This document shows, in pieces, positions 1-12,632 of a DNA stretch of 64,000 nt. Below the pieces are notes generated by a model. That model saw only the letters and a list, made by a program, of their open reading frames with translations, searched no databases and was not told where the DNA came from. Position numbers and translations under genes: made by a program. Source of the stretch: Marsupella aquatica (Eukaryota > Plantae > Marchantiophyta); NCBI GenBank assembly GCA_973895155.1, contig OZ316896.1:1178001-1242000 (forward strand), in the 5' to 3' direction. The number at the start of each line of letters is the position of its first letter. The stretch's first letter is position 1.

Positions 1-2730
1 TTGCCTATGAGCGGATAATTTCATGCGCAAGTTGTGGTATACACTACTTGAAAAGTAAGCAATGGAATTCTCTTGTGAGTTATTGGGCATTCATCAGCAT
101 GGGTTGGATTATACACGGGACACCTTACAAATTTTGCGGTTGCTTGAACTTCAGGTGAATGGCTTCTCAAATTCTGAGGAGGAAGCTTTTGGCAAAACCG
201 CCAGAGTTCCTTTTCTGCTCGAAAGTGAACTTATTAAGCTCGGAGGTTTATACGAGAAGGGCTCAGATTGGGTATGTTTCTAGTGAGTTCCGCAGATTGT
301 TCTTCGCTATGTGTTTGGAAATAATTCTTTTTCCTAAAACTTTCTATGTGTGTTTTTCGTAGAGCCGGCATGTGCCTTCTCTTTGCTCCATTTTACGTCA
401 TACAAATACTAAAAATTTTACCCGTGTGTTATGATTGCAGTCGGCGTATGCCATAGCAGATGGAAATCTGATCACAGGTCAAAACCCTATGAGTTCCGAG
501 AAATTGGCAGGATTGACCCTGAAAGCATTGGGAGTTTAATTTACTTACATTGCACAGGAATGTTGTGAATGTCTGTGTTAGAGTGATACCTGGATGTCTC
601 TGAGTACTGGTCTTGCTCCAGAACGGAGGATTTGCCGGGAAAGTACTCTGTATCAACATAGAAATCACTTCCATATTGATGACTGATGAGCTAGGTATGA
701 ATTTCCTTGATCAGCGAGCTGCCCTCTGGGCGTCTCTGCAACTTAGATAGCTTGAAGCACAGCGTAGTACTCCATACTGATAGGTACAAATCCCATGATT
801 TGTGTATGAATGTTGCAAACCATCGTGACTACTCGTCAGTAATGTCCAATTCGATGAAGTAGTGGAGTCGAACTGGTTCGATCGAGATTTGTGCATCACG
901 ACTCTCAAACCTTCCTAGGATGCAAGCACTGCAAACTCAACAGATTAGTACAGAGAACGCCCAACATAACCTACAGTCACTCCTGAGGAACCTGAGGGTC
1001 AACAGGTTAACTCGACAAGATGCACGAACAATTTGGGTGGAAAACAGTCAAAGAAAGCTCTGCTTCTAGCTCTGTGGAGGGAGCAAACTAGCTCTCTGGA
1101 GGGAGAAAGGACTCCTGAGACACCATGAGCCGTACCCAGTTTAACTGACAATAAAATGCGGTCAGCACATTGTAACTCCAGCAACCACACAAAAAATGGC
1201 TAATATTCTATTGAAATTAGACTACTATTTTGGAACTGAGAACTGGCATGTAACTGGCATGTACTCATATCTTTCGTTTTGATCTCAATGCCCGTGACCA
1301 CGTAAGTTGCACAATTATCATGGTGACTATGTTGTCCACGTTGTCATTGCAACCATGCCCACCACAATGCATGATGTGGTTGTGTAAGTCAATTGTTCTT
1401 TTTTAAATGGGGCTATAGATGTGGCTGGGATTGTGGCTAAGTATGTCCAATTTTTGCGGAAATGTTGATGTTCGTCATCTTTGCAGTCATGTTGAATGTG
1501 CTTGCTGAAGGGTCTTCATATTCGTTGGTTGGTTATTGTGTGTGGAAATAGTGTCATTATATTGGTCAATGCCATTTCAGCACAAGACAGGCAATGATGG
1601 CCACAACATTGCATGGGTCCATGTGTGGTCGCCCGGTGTTATTGGGAGGGAGACTTTTCCCCTGCTTCTCCCTGCTTCTCCCTGCTCAAGGGGCTTGGGG
1701 CACTTGTGCACAGGAGGGCAAGCTAGGGTAAGGCACAAGGCCATAGGTACATATGTTCTGCGTGCAGGCTAGGGGCTTTGCTTGGAGCACCTCAGCCCCC
1801 CACACACAGGGCTTGCACTGTGCCCGTGGGTAGCATGGTGAGAAGGAAAATTGTCAAGCGAGACTACACACTACACAGTGATTCATCCTTGCAGCTCTTC
1901 ATCGGCCATTCTTCACTTGCTTCGTCCTTCAATGTCGTCTAACATTACGTAAAGCGGGACGTAAAGGACCCCTATCTTGCTCGCTCTCACTTGCAATGAA
2001 TCATCTATCGAGCAAGCAGGTTACCAAGCTCAATGAGTGCATCAGTCAGTCATCAGTGACTTTCCTGGCATCCATTTCATCCGCTCCGCTCCAATCTGCT
2101 CCCCTCGCGCTGCTGCTGCTGTTTTTCCTTTCCCTTGACTTTGTGAAGCTTCGACGAGATTTGAGAACCTCACACGCCAGCCATAGCTTCAGCCGAACAC
2201 CAGTCCTCCTAACACGCCAGCAGCCAGGCCCTTTCTTTTGCTCTTTCCCTTTGACTTTTCTTCTTATTAGGAGGTCCTAAACAGCCAGGCCCTTTGTTTT
2301 GCTCTTATTAGGGGGTCCTTATATCTCCTCTGTTATCTTTGCTTCTTCTTATGATGAGGTCCTCAGATATCTGCCCTTCAACCTCAAAACCTCACATATT
2401 GTGCCCTTCAACTTACAAAATCAATATCTCTAACTTGCAATTTCATGTAGTAAATATCACACCGTTTGGAGAAGTTGATTCTTAGTTATTTCTGTGGACT
2501 TCTACATTTTTTCTGTTCCTTAGTAAGCCTTCTTGTTCCATGAATATAATACCAGCATGACACATAGATACACCCCTCTTGGAAGAATCTTAGCTTATAG
2601 TAAGATGTCTCTTTCTATTTGTTTATGTCCATGCCTAACTTGATATTACACATGGAAGTGAACACACATAGGTGAGTTCCACAGTGACAACCTGGAATTC
2701 TTAAATACTTATTGTTCTATATGCAGCAAT

Positions 2731-3110
2731 ATGGACCACAGGCGAGGTGTCCGTGTCAGCATGACTGACCTCAATCATGGGACATACAAACTGAGCTGGC
2801 AGGAGCTCAATGCTCCTTCCCATGCCCCTCTCATCCAACGCACCACTACAATAGCGGAGATTCAGTCAGACTTCCCTGAGTGGTGCAATGTTATCAAATT
2901 TTATCATATTGCACTAAACCATACTGCTCCCTTGGATGACCTCTGGATTTGTGCCGCATACAGTTACTGTGAGAGATTGATGCGTCGGAAGAGGTTCCAA
3001 GTATCTACTCACTTGGCTTTCCTTTGTGGATCAACTAGTAGACATACACTACCCCGACCCGTGAAAGATGTCATCCTTGCTACTTGGCCCATGAGGAAGA
3101 AGAGGAATGA
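2731..3110 (+). pseudogene. KolX/P2X7-ballast-like ORF, copy 1 (C-terminus apparently frameshifted)
   Basis: Aligns by eye over about 120 aa with the ORFs at 3360 and 3870 (TY.L.W...PE.C....H..LN...PL.DL..AAYS.CE....KRFQV.THLA..CG...R..LP..V...I..TW). After TWP the acidic tail (gaggaagaagaggaa) is in another frame. An acceptor tgcag| ends at 2726, just before the ATG. Confidence 0.6.
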
Positions 3111-3359
3111 TAGGCTAGGAACCATACTCCTGGTTTTGTTACTCAAAGTTCCATTCTACTTTTATGAGATCGGTTTTTTCTTTCCTATGTTCAAGAGTTC
3201 ATGGCTAAATCATCAATGAGTATTGCATAATGATGGAGCATGTAAGTCATGCCTTTTGTATTTGACCAAATAGAAACAAGTTTAGGGTTGCAAATTTGGC
3301 TTTATGCCTATTGGCTACGAGATTGGCTAATATGTGTGACTCTAGTTTTCTCTGCAGAT

Positions 3360-3761
3360 ATGGAAGGTAGACATAGCCAAGTCATCACTCTAGAGTCCCT
3401 TCATGGTGACACATATGTTGTGTCTTGGCTCAAACATCCAATGGACACTATTGGACAACGCCAATTCTCCATGGATGAACTTGAAGATTCATACTTTCCT
3501 GAATTTTGCACTGCTGTGCGAGATTGCCATCACCTCCTCAACCCCGTTCTATCTGTTGAGGAGTACTTACGCATGGCCGCTTATAGTTGGTGTGCAACCA
3601 AACCACACCAGAAAAGATCATTAGTACATAGTTATAATTTGGCTCGAGCTTGTCATTTGGACGCAAGAGGAAGGCTCCCAGATACGTTGGATGAGGCTAT
3701 ATGGAACACTTGGCAGTCAGAGGAAGAAGCTTTGTTTGGTTTCACTCCTAGACCCTTATAG
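3360..3761 (+). CDS. KolX/P2X7-ballast-like ORF, copy 2
   Basis: ATG at 3360 follows acceptor ttttctctgcag| (3357). Ends AAYS...R..LP..L.EAI..TW..EEE.LFGF, resembling the R..LP..V...I...(W/Y)P....Y.GF end of KolX/P2X7 ballast domains. The family call is inference. Confidence 0.6.
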   Translation: MEGRHSQVITLESLHGDTYVVSWLKHPMDTIGQRQFSMDELEDSYFPEFCTAVRDCHHLLNPVLSVEEYLRMAAYSWCATKPHQKRSLVHSYNLARACHLDARGRLPDTLDEAIWNTWQSEEEALFGFTPRPL

Positions 3762-3869
3762 GTACACATTATGCACATATAATATTTGGGCTAGCATAAT
3801 AATAATAATAATGCATAATTTGGGCTATACATAATAATAATGGCATTTGTAAATGTTATGTTTTGTAGA

Positions 3870-4262
3870 ATGGCCAATAAGACGCCAAGGAGCACTGCCA
3901 CATTGACGGTGATGGATCCTGACCTTGAGACGTATCGGTTAGTGTGGATGGATGGGTCTACTCAATGTGAGCAGGTTGTGAGCTTGCTAGAGGTTGAGTG
4001 GGATCAACCATTATTGTTCAAAGCAATCGCTGAATGTCACCAGTTGTTGAACCCTGCTGTGCCACTCCACGACCTGCAAATGTGTGCTGCTTATAGCTTC
4101 ACCGAAACTGTCAACAAGAAAAAACGGTTTCAAGTTTACACCCATTTGGCTTGGGTGTGTGGGTTTGCTGAGAGAACACGATTACCTCCAGCTGTGGAGG
4201 AAGCCATCAAGGATGCTTGGCATGATGAGGAGGAAGTGTTTGTGGGCTTCAGTGAAAACTAA
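3870..4262 (+). CDS. KolX/P2X7-ballast-like ORF, copy 3
   Basis: ATG at 3870 follows acceptor ttttgtag| (3868). Ends KKRFQVYTHLAWVCGFAERTRLPPAVEEAIKDAWHDEEEVFVGF. Paralogous to the two upstream ORFs. Confidence 0.62.
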   Translation: MANKTPRSTATLTVMDPDLETYRLVWMDGSTQCEQVVSLLEVEWDQPLLFKAIAECHQLLNPAVPLHDLQMCAAYSFTETVNKKKRFQVYTHLAWVCGFAERTRLPPAVEEAIKDAWHDEEEVFVGFSEN

Positions 4263-5091
4263 ATGTGGCTACACATCCCCCATGGATCCCTAAGGCTGTT
4301 GATTTTATATTGTGGGAATATAAAATAGCATGACCAAAGTATTCAGAGAAGGCAAAGTGGCCTTCAATGTGTTTGAGGCAAGCCTTTACCAATGTTTTGC
4401 TCATGCAAATATAAACATATAAATAAATAAATTCTCCTGTTGGAGAAGAACTCTTACTGGCCGGCAGTACAAGGGGTTCAAGTCCCCTTGAGTTTGATGC
4501 GTTAAGATTAAAATTAGGGGGTTAAAATCATCCTTGAAGGCAAAAACATTATCATGTAAAATGAAAATGGCAGACCATAATGCGGTACACAATATATACA
4601 CAGACAACTTCCAAGTAAAAACTTAGGGGTTCAAGTCCCCTTGAGAGTGGAGACAAAGGTTGAAACTAGTGGGTTAAAATCATCCCCTAAGGTAAAAAAT
4701 TATCAAGAAAACACATTATTAGCCCAATGAACATGTTCTTCCCCCAATGAAAATGGTACACCTAGGTAATCCTAGACACAATACACTGATCATATATACA
4801 GAGACAACTTTCAAGTCTAAAATACCAAAAAAAACACCATAGAAAGTGACCAAATGAGTATTGCACATAGAGTAAGTCAATAGAGTAAAAGTCTCAACAA
4901 TTGACCAAACACTTGGGTGTGACTACCTTTCCTATACCACCGCATGAAAATAAATCCCTGCAACAAAATGGCCATATGCCCCAAATAAGACAAAATATTC
5001 TCCAAACACTTTAGCAAATGAATGGACATATTAAAATGCAATGAAAGTGTAAGTAATACCATAATTCAACTATCAGATACACACCTGACTG

Positions 5092-5403
5092 CTCAGGGGC
5101 CTCAATCCAAGGGGTGTCCCATATCACGCTCAAAATTTTGGGGGAATAAACACCCTAAAAGTTAAGTCAATAAAGTTTTTTTAAAGAATTGTTTTACCCC
5201 TAACTTAATGGAATATTCTGAGAATATTCTCATATTTGATTTTAAAAAACCCTATGATTCTTATAATTCTCAAAATTGGATTAAAATAACCCTAATGTTC
5301 TTCAACAAAAATTTAAAAGTATTTCACTAAACCCAATAAAAAAACCCTTGGCTATACTTATTTGCGCGTGATGGGTCGGAAGAAAAGAAATGAGTACCCC
5401 GGG
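5092..5403. mobile_element. MITE (312 bp), divergent member of the 8-bp-TSD family
   Basis: Perfect 8-bp TSD cctgactg (5084-5091 and 5404-5411). Ends ctcagggg...taccccggg. AT-rich interior resembles 30335-30631 (accctaatgttctt motifs). Confidence 0.85.
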
Positions 5404-5430
5404 CCTGACTGAACATCCCTGGATCATAGT

Positions 5431-8400
5431 TTAGGTGCCTCCATACATGCTTTGACTAATTGCATCTTTCCAGTTAGTGGTCCTCTCCACCAACAGTCTA
5501 CTATGAGCTGGCCTATCTCTCACAACAGTATTCACCAGAATACGAGGAACTATCTTCCATACAGGGCGGCCAATGTTCTCATTCCAATCCATGAATGCAC
5601 ACATCAAACGAGCCTCATGAGATGCTGGAAAGTGAATCATGCGTTTTGTGGCAAACTTTCCCATCACTGAATGAAATGTCTCGAATAAGAAGTTCTCTCT
5701 AGCCATGGTGTACCCTTGCATCTTTCCTGGAGTGATGTACTTTGCCATGAATCCCTTCATGGAAACATGGGTTGCTGAGTCTGCCCCAAACACCAAAATA
5801 TTTTAACAGTGTAACTAAAGATAAACAAACCACAATAGCATTGAAATGTAGATGTCCTCAACTTGAGAACTAACCTCTTGCATAATACAAATCCAACTGG
5901 GGTCCTCCTTCTTCTCCAATATGGTGGCAGGGCCGGTCTGGTAGTGTCAAACACGCTGTGTGTATACCAGCCCAGTGATTTGCACAATTGGCAACCTCAA
6001 ATGCTAGTGATTGAGCATCACCCCCTCTACATAAGAAGACAATCTCCATTAAAATATTTGTACAATTGTGAATAGGACAAAACAATTCAGTGTGAAAGTC
6101 ATATCTTTTTCAATGTAGTAAAACACTTACGATGTTTTGCACCTCCTGCAACAAATATAGAACCAAGTCTTGAACTTCATGGACATGTTGTGCTGACTAA
6201 GCTCTGGATACTTTAGTCCACGGGGAATGATCGGCATCAATGTGTCCTCAATTGGTAGTCCCCTCCAATCTCCCACCTTGTGGATGAGGTCAATTTTCCT
6301 GAACTTAGATAACCCTCTTACCCCTTTTGCCTTCAACCAATCTTGCAACTGCTTGACAGTAGCACTTTGCAGTTGTGACCTACACAATCATCCCAAGCAT
6401 TTAGTGGAAGCTAAAAGTACATACAAAATTGTACACTCAATTCAAATAATAGGATTGAAACTAGGAAGACTTACAAACACTAACCTGGTTGTTGCAGTAT
6501 CAATATCCACTGTCAAGGTAAATGTGCACTTCACCAACTTGTCCAGGAATTTCCTGACAAGATTTTTGGCTTTGTGCCACAAATCTTTTTGATTCATCAA
6601 CCCTAGGTCTCGAAGGATAGCATCCTGGACAGCAGAGTTATCATCATGGATGACCTGAAAATTACAAGTGCCAAGGTAATTAGCACTAAACTATGTATTT
6701 TACTGACAAAGGAAAACAACAACAAAATAAAGGAAAACAATAAAGACATTATGAATTTGATAAAGTAGAACACTAACCTCTTTGATTACAATTCCATTAT
6801 CTCTCAATCTTTCCAATCCTTTTCTGGTCCCTAGTTCCTCCATCAACCATGAATTGGGTTCCTCTTTTTTGGTCGTAGTCACCATTTCTATAACCTTACT
6901 ATCCGCAAGGTTGATAATTGAAACAGTACCATGATAACCACTACGCGAGGAGTCCCATCAAGCATCTAAGTACACGACAAGACCTGGATCTGTCCAAAAC
7001 CCCAACATGCCAGTATCAATAAATAGATAAGTATTTGCAAAGCACAACAAATTAATGAACAGGAAGCTAATTATGCTCAAGAGACAAACAATAACACAAT
7101 GGGAGTTAGTACTTACCAGCTTGAAGGTCACCCCCACACTGGATATCATGTCTCAAATTTTGCCACAACTCTTTTTTGTTTTCCTCCCATTGTTGATTGA
7201 CAGCTTTAATCCAACCAACCCCGGGACGCCCTCGACCTGTCTGAAAGTCATACCAATGCTGCGAGGTAGGGACATGCAAACCTAGGTGTGATGCAACAGA
7301 TGACAGTGATGTATATGTGAGCCCGGCACATAATGTAGAGTGATACAACTTGGTGGTAACCAAAGGTGAACCCCTTCCCGACTCCATCTCTCCAGTAAGA
7401 AAAGTCCAACCATGTCCCTCCAGCCCACAACTAATCCGTATAGACCACAACTGTTGTAACTCCCTCACATGATGTACTGTAGGGGTCAAAGGGCATCCGG
7501 ATATATGACATCTAGGTAGTAGTTGCTCCACAAAAGTATGCACCAAATGGCGCTCTATGAAACCAAATGTGGCAGGCTCACGGGGTCAGAATCTTGTTTT
7601 TGGAACCTCTTCATGAGCCTCACAATGTTCCACCTGACTAGGAGGGATCTGAGAGTCCATCACTACAAGAGGAGGGATTTGAGAATCCATGACCTCAACT
7701 TGAGAAAGTTGGGAGTCCGTCACGTCAACAGGCACCACTTGAGAATCCATTACCGCCGAGGGAAGCGACTCCGAATCCTCAATGCTAGTTGTTTGAGTCT
7801 GGTACATGATCAATATATAACACATAACAGACTAAGTATGCTTGCAAACTTTTCCTGTAAAAAAATATTAAAATATAAAAGTTGTAAGTTAAAATACCAT
7901 AAAGTTACATTACATACCTGGCCCCCTAGAGCAGCCACCACATCTGGATCATCATTTCCAAAGATGATGTCGTCTCACCAAAAGATCCCTGGATAATGTC
8001 CTCAGGCCATTCATCGTAAGCCTCAAATACTCTCCCACTCTGGTGCATTCCCTATGGATTAGATACAAGAGTTGGTGGTCAAGGAAAAACAAAAATTCAT
8101 CAAATGGACAAACAATAACATTGAAGACTCGGGACAATTTAGAGAATATAGATAAAAAAAACTACCAACTTAAAATGCTGATGTATGGTGAAAGAAAGGA
8201 CAGAGGAAAAAGCAAACTTGGGAAAGAAATGTGAGTGAGAATGAAAAAAATAAAGGAGGCATTAGATCTGAGACTGGTCAAACTCCATGGGTCCCCTCTC
8301 CTGTCGTGAGTGCTGTTCCTCGTCCAAAGACTCCTGGTAATGTTTGACTTGAAAAAGTTAGTACATTAAATTGTGAAAACTGAAATTGCAACATTAGATA

Positions 8401-8855
8401 AACCCAGCAAGTTGTACAATGAAATAGAATAGGAAAGAACCTCTTACATGGAGGGAGTTGTTGGCCGGGACTGAATTGAGATCGAACATGTGTTCTTCAG
8501 GTGCACCAAGGGGTTCTTCGTTCTCCACCCCAAGTGGCAATGCCTCACTTGCAAGTGTTGCTGCCTGGACCACTTGCCGTCTCTTCAACTCGTGTATCGC
8601 AGCACTGCACTTGTCAAGTAACCAATGAATGACTTTAGCATGGGTGGTATTCAAGTCATCTCCCAATAAAATTCTAAGTTCCTCCCACTCATCCCATCGC
8701 TCCACTGGGACCCGGATTGGTGGCTTGGCATCCAGTCTCATCCTCTTCCTATACTCCATGTCATCACTCGGGTACTTTGGTCTTGGAGGACCACCACCCC
8801 GAGGAGGACGTTTACACCGGCTAGCAGGGAGTTCAGGAGGCTCCATCCCTGACAC
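5431..8855 (-). pseudogene. Multi-exon Kolobok-type DDE transposase with an in-frame stop
   Basis: Exons read in order: IRVPVERWDEWEELR...HAKVIHWLLD; a C-C-C-H region (CHISGC...CGLEGHGW); YLDA*WDSSRSGYHGTVS...SWLMEELG; VIHDD...KDLWHKAK (after intron 6655-6777); an HeH/SAP-like segment (TVKQLQDWLKAKGVRGLSKFRKIDLI); ETFHS..GKFATKR..F....EARLMCAFMDWNEN. This matches the D-D-E layout of Kolobok-like transposases. TGA at 6958-6960 sits in the first catalytic motif. Confidence 0.72.
7600..7790. repeat. Degenerate 30-bp coding tandem repeat inside the transposase gene
   Basis: The minus strand encodes repeated 10-aa units (VMDSQVVPVD/VTDSQLSQVE/VMDSQIPPLV/VMDSQIPPSQ). Confidence 0.7.
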
Positions 8856-9887
8856 TATGACCGTAATATAACTAAGACTATCTAGCTAAAAATAAATAAA
8901 ATCTCAAACTAGAGGTAGATACAATGAAGGAAAACTAATACTACATAAACTTGATGTAAATAAAATCTCACACTAACTGTAGATACAACATAGGATAACT
9001 AACAGTTCCTAACTATAAATAAAATAAAATCTAGAGGTAGACCAAATGCCAAGCCCCACCGGTTGCATCATGGAAAGAGTAACTACCTAAATCTGAGTGA
9101 AAATGAGTAACAATGGGAAGGTAACATTGGGGAAAATAGAACTGAGTGTCCACAATAATGGTAGCCAGGCTTTTATCCTCACCCCACCCAAGGGCCCCTC
9201 AAACCCCATGATCATCCTATGCCATTGGATCTACATCTGAGGGGTGTAATTTATTTATTTGATCCACTACAAACAATAAGTGTTTATTCACGTACCTACT
9301 TGATACGAGTAATATAAGATTTCAAAATTTTACTCCATTTTTCACTCCATTTTTCATTCCATGATGTAAGGTAGCACATAATACTCTTTCAATTGGTGTG
9401 TTAGAATCTTACCTAAGGACAAGCGCTACAGATGGCTCCATTTTTCACTCCATATTCCATAATGTTACGTAGCACATGATCGATAATGGGACAAGCGCTA
9501 CAGCTGGCTGTACAATTTAGGCCAATATATATAATCATTCACACTATACCCAATGCCTACGTATGTTGGGGGATGTGCACTTTCCTTTGTACTCTCAATG
9601 TGCTGCCCGAAACTGCCCAAAGCTGCCCGAAATATTTCAAAATTCAAAAAAACCCTGACAACCAATGAGATTACAATGTTTGTTTATTGGTATTTTCATA
9701 CTCAATATGGATCATTAGCTCCTGCGGTTTTTTCCTAGACGTAGATCTCATCGAGATCTACAATTTGAGCCCTAGATAGGATCGAACGGCCAAGGATTGA
9801 TGCATCTGTGATTAGAAATCCAAGGGTCAGAAGAGGTGCAGTATAATCCCCCAATACTTGAGCTACAGTTGTGAGGAATAAATGAGC

Positions 9888-9915
9888 ACTCCGCGTAACG
9901 CGGAGTTACTTCTAC
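9888..9915 (+). other. GC-rich hairpin resembling a Helitron 3' terminus
   Basis: Perfect stem actccgcg-taa-cgcggagt (9888-9906), followed after a few nt by ...ttctac|t (CTAC instead of canonical CTRR). No 5' end identified. Confidence 0.4.
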
Positions 9916-9967
9916 TTGGATGCGTGGTTTAAGGGAATCAACTGAAGGCAGAGAGGATCATGCTAAA

Positions 9968-10264
9968 CTCGGGGGTTTCACTTCCCCCAAAATGACATAT
10001 CATGTGCTACGAAGTATATGGTCATTTTATTGGTTCGAAGTGAAGACTTAAGAATTTTCTGAGAAGAACAATAGGGTCTCTTAAATCCAATTTTGAGACT
10101 TATAAGAACATTAGGGTCCTTATAACCAAATTTTTGGAATAATCCAAGAATATTCCAACTTTATAGGGGTTGAAAAATAATTTTTTTTTCTTACATTTTA
10201 GGGGGTCTAAGGCCTAAAAACGTCGCAGGTGATGGGGAGGCATCCATATAGTGAGACCCCTGAG
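9968..10264 (+). mobile_element. MITE (297 bp), 8-bp TSD family
   Basis: 15-bp TIRs ctcgggggtttcact / agtgagacccctgag. TSD atgctaaa (9960-9967) / atgctgaa (10265-10272). Homologous to 11366-11624 and, inverted, to 30335-30631. Confidence 0.9.
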
Positions 10265-10308
10265 ATGCTGAAGGAATTTCTGAGAATGCTTAATTAGACC
10301 TCGGAAGC

Positions 10309-10362
10309 GAGGTGGATTATATACAGTCTTAACTTCCGAGGTGGATTATATACAGTCTTAAC
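10309..10362. repeat. Short tandem duplication (gaggtggattatatacagtcttaac x2)
   Basis: Direct repeat visible in the sequence. Confidence 0.8.
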
Positions 10363-11365
10363 GTCAGACCGTTGAGAGCCAGAGAGTAAGAGCCGTGGAT
10401 TAAGATCCACCAGAAGTGTCAGACAAAGATGATGAGCGGCAGTGGAGGTAGAGTATCCTAAGTGGGTTTTGTCCCAAGCGACTAATGGCTAACAGTAATT
10501 AGGTAACTGGACTAATACTAAATGACTAACCGTGAGCAAATTAATTACAGTGTGGCGACGGCTCTACTAAATGGTTTAGGCAGTTGGCATGATGGTGGGA
10601 GGATCCTGAGACAGCGCAAGTCTCAGACTTCCAACACATGCATGAAGAGGTGATATTGGCTTGATTTGATAGTGACCAAAAGATATGTTTTCAACAAATT
10701 AATGACCAAGATTTGCTCCTACCTTTTTTGCTTTTGTAAACAAACTATCCGTCACAATGAGTGGGATGACATATTGTAGTGTTTGATTGGTACCATCCTA
10801 CTTGGATCTTTTCACCAATTAGCCCTTGTTGTGTATTGTGTGGCTAGGCAGTCAAGTCTTGGACTTCCCTGACTCCCTTATTTCAGTCCATCACTGGTCT
10901 ATAGTTGGCTTGTTGGCCGTGTTTGTATCTCTAAGTCTTGTTATAAAATAATGGATTCCTCCTTGTAAGCCTCCTTTCTCAAATTATGTGGCTATCGTTC
11001 TTGCCTGGGCTTAGTTTTGCGTTGCTTCAGTCCCCCTCGATCCCTCAATCCCCCCCATAAAAAAGGGAAGGGTTTCCCAAGTGCCCCCAAACACACTATC
11101 CCATCCCCATAATGACAGATGGCAGTGACATACCTTGGATGCCACATACCATGCCCTTTATAGTGTCATATAGCCTAGTAAGTAATCCCCTGCATGCAAT
11201 ATGTGGTCCTTTGTGCATAAGGACCAACTTTGAAGGAGATCCCTGATTCAGAAAAACATGAGATAAATCAGGCTGCTCACAGATTTTCCCACTCAAAGTT
11301 CTTTTTTTTGTAAATAGACCCCTCCCCTTTTTTGGGGTGATTGGTTATTAGGGTTCTCAAATATC

Positions 11366-11624
11366 CTCAGGAGTTTCACTTCCACAAAAATGACACATCA
11401 CATGCAACGAAGGATGTGGTTGTTTCATTAACTTATTAAGACTTACTTAATAAGTTTTTGAAGAAAAACATTAGGGTCTATTAAATCCAATTTTTATACT
11501 TATAAGAACATTAGGGTATTTTTAATCAAAATTTGGGGATGACTTTTTTCTTACATTTTAGGGGGTCCGAGGCTTAAAAACATTGGAGGTGATGGGGAGG
11601 CCTTCATATAGTGAGACCCCCGGG
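11366..11624 (+). mobile_element. MITE (259 bp, internally deleted), same family as 9968-10264
   Basis: Ends ctcaggagtttcact...agtgagacccccggg. TSD caaatatc / taaacatc (2 transitions). Clear internal homology. Confidence 0.85.
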
Positions 11625-12183
11625 TAAACATCTTCTGCGGACAAAAACTTGCAGGAAGGGGCAAAATGCTAACAAGTTATGTGTTATCCTCTGACTTATG
11701 ATCCAACATCGTTGTGCTTTTTGCACAATCTTAATTTTGTTGCATTTCTCAAGACCCCCATATGCAAATTGGCCCATTTTTGAGGAGCTTTGGGATGCTG
11801 GTGGAGCGATTGCATCCCTCATTGTTTGTGCCTTGTTTGGGACTCCTGCCCTTACATTTTTTCTACTCTGACCGTCTCAGCCTGGGCCCTACATGATTTA
11901 GTATTCTTTCCGAGATGGGCGCAAGCAAGGCCGGCAGGGGGATCCTATTGGTGGGGCTCTGTTTGCCATGGGACAATTTTGTGCACTCCGGGTCTCTTTG
12001 GCTGCAATTCCCGGATGCATGTTAGTTTCCGTCCATTGCTGATGATACCCATCTTGTGGCACAAACATCAGTTTTAGGTGATGCTTATATTCATTTTAAT
12101 TGTGAACCAGTTGACCCTAGTTACTCAACCTTTCTGTTCAGCCTTGCAAGTGTGGGGTTTGGTCTCTGCATCCCCTTCCCAAC

Positions 12184-12632
12184 CCCGGGTACGCAACTCT
12201 TGTATAATAGGTAGGGGTCTACATTTTTATATGGACTAAAAATTTGGCTATAAGAAAAATTTGAATTTGAATAAACTTGTTTTCTTATTTTTCCACATAA
12301 AATTAAAAAATATTCATAAACCTATTGTAATTTTTATTAAAATATTTTTAGAATTTTAATAAAAATCCCCAAAAGCTGGCTAGTTTGGCAATAGATCCTT
12401 GTCTTAAAAAAAAGCCATGTAATTTGGTTTTGATGAAATCTCTCCATATATATCAAAACAAGTTTATTTATTTTTAAGTTACATCTTTCATTGGATCAAT
12501 TCCTTGAATTGAGAGGTATAAGATTTTAGTAGACTAAAATGCATGAAACTTCACATGGCCAATTGGATATAAAGTCATTATAAGGAATTATAAACTTGCC
12601 TTATATATAAAAAGGGGAGTTGCATACTTGGG
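12184..12632. mobile_element. MITE (449 bp) nested in the non-LTR relic
   Basis: TIRs cccgggtacgcaactc / gagttgcatacttggg. Perfect 8-bp TSD ttcccaac (12176-12183 and 12633-12640). Very AT-rich interior. Confidence 0.85.

Larger units (their letters stand above)
2700..8900. mobile_element. Kolobok-like DNA transposon core (transposase plus convergent KolX-like ORFs); termini not located
   Basis: Tail-to-tail arrangement of a Kolobok-type transposase and KolX-like ORFs. No TTAA-flanked TIR pair could be identified by eye, so the coordinates cover only the coding core. Confidence 0.6.

Noticed and set aside
1-1200. Possible gene fragment at the window start
   Set aside because: Only short ORFs without recognisable motifs.
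6958-6960. In-frame TGA (and the similar TAG/TGA at 62246 and 63388) as U-to-C RNA-editing sites
   Set aside because: The sequence is nuclear and also carries frameshifts; C-to-T decay of methylated transposon DNA is the simpler explanation.
9929-10362. TTAA sites as the Kolobok right-end TSD
   Set aside because: No matching inverted terminus was found in 1-2700.
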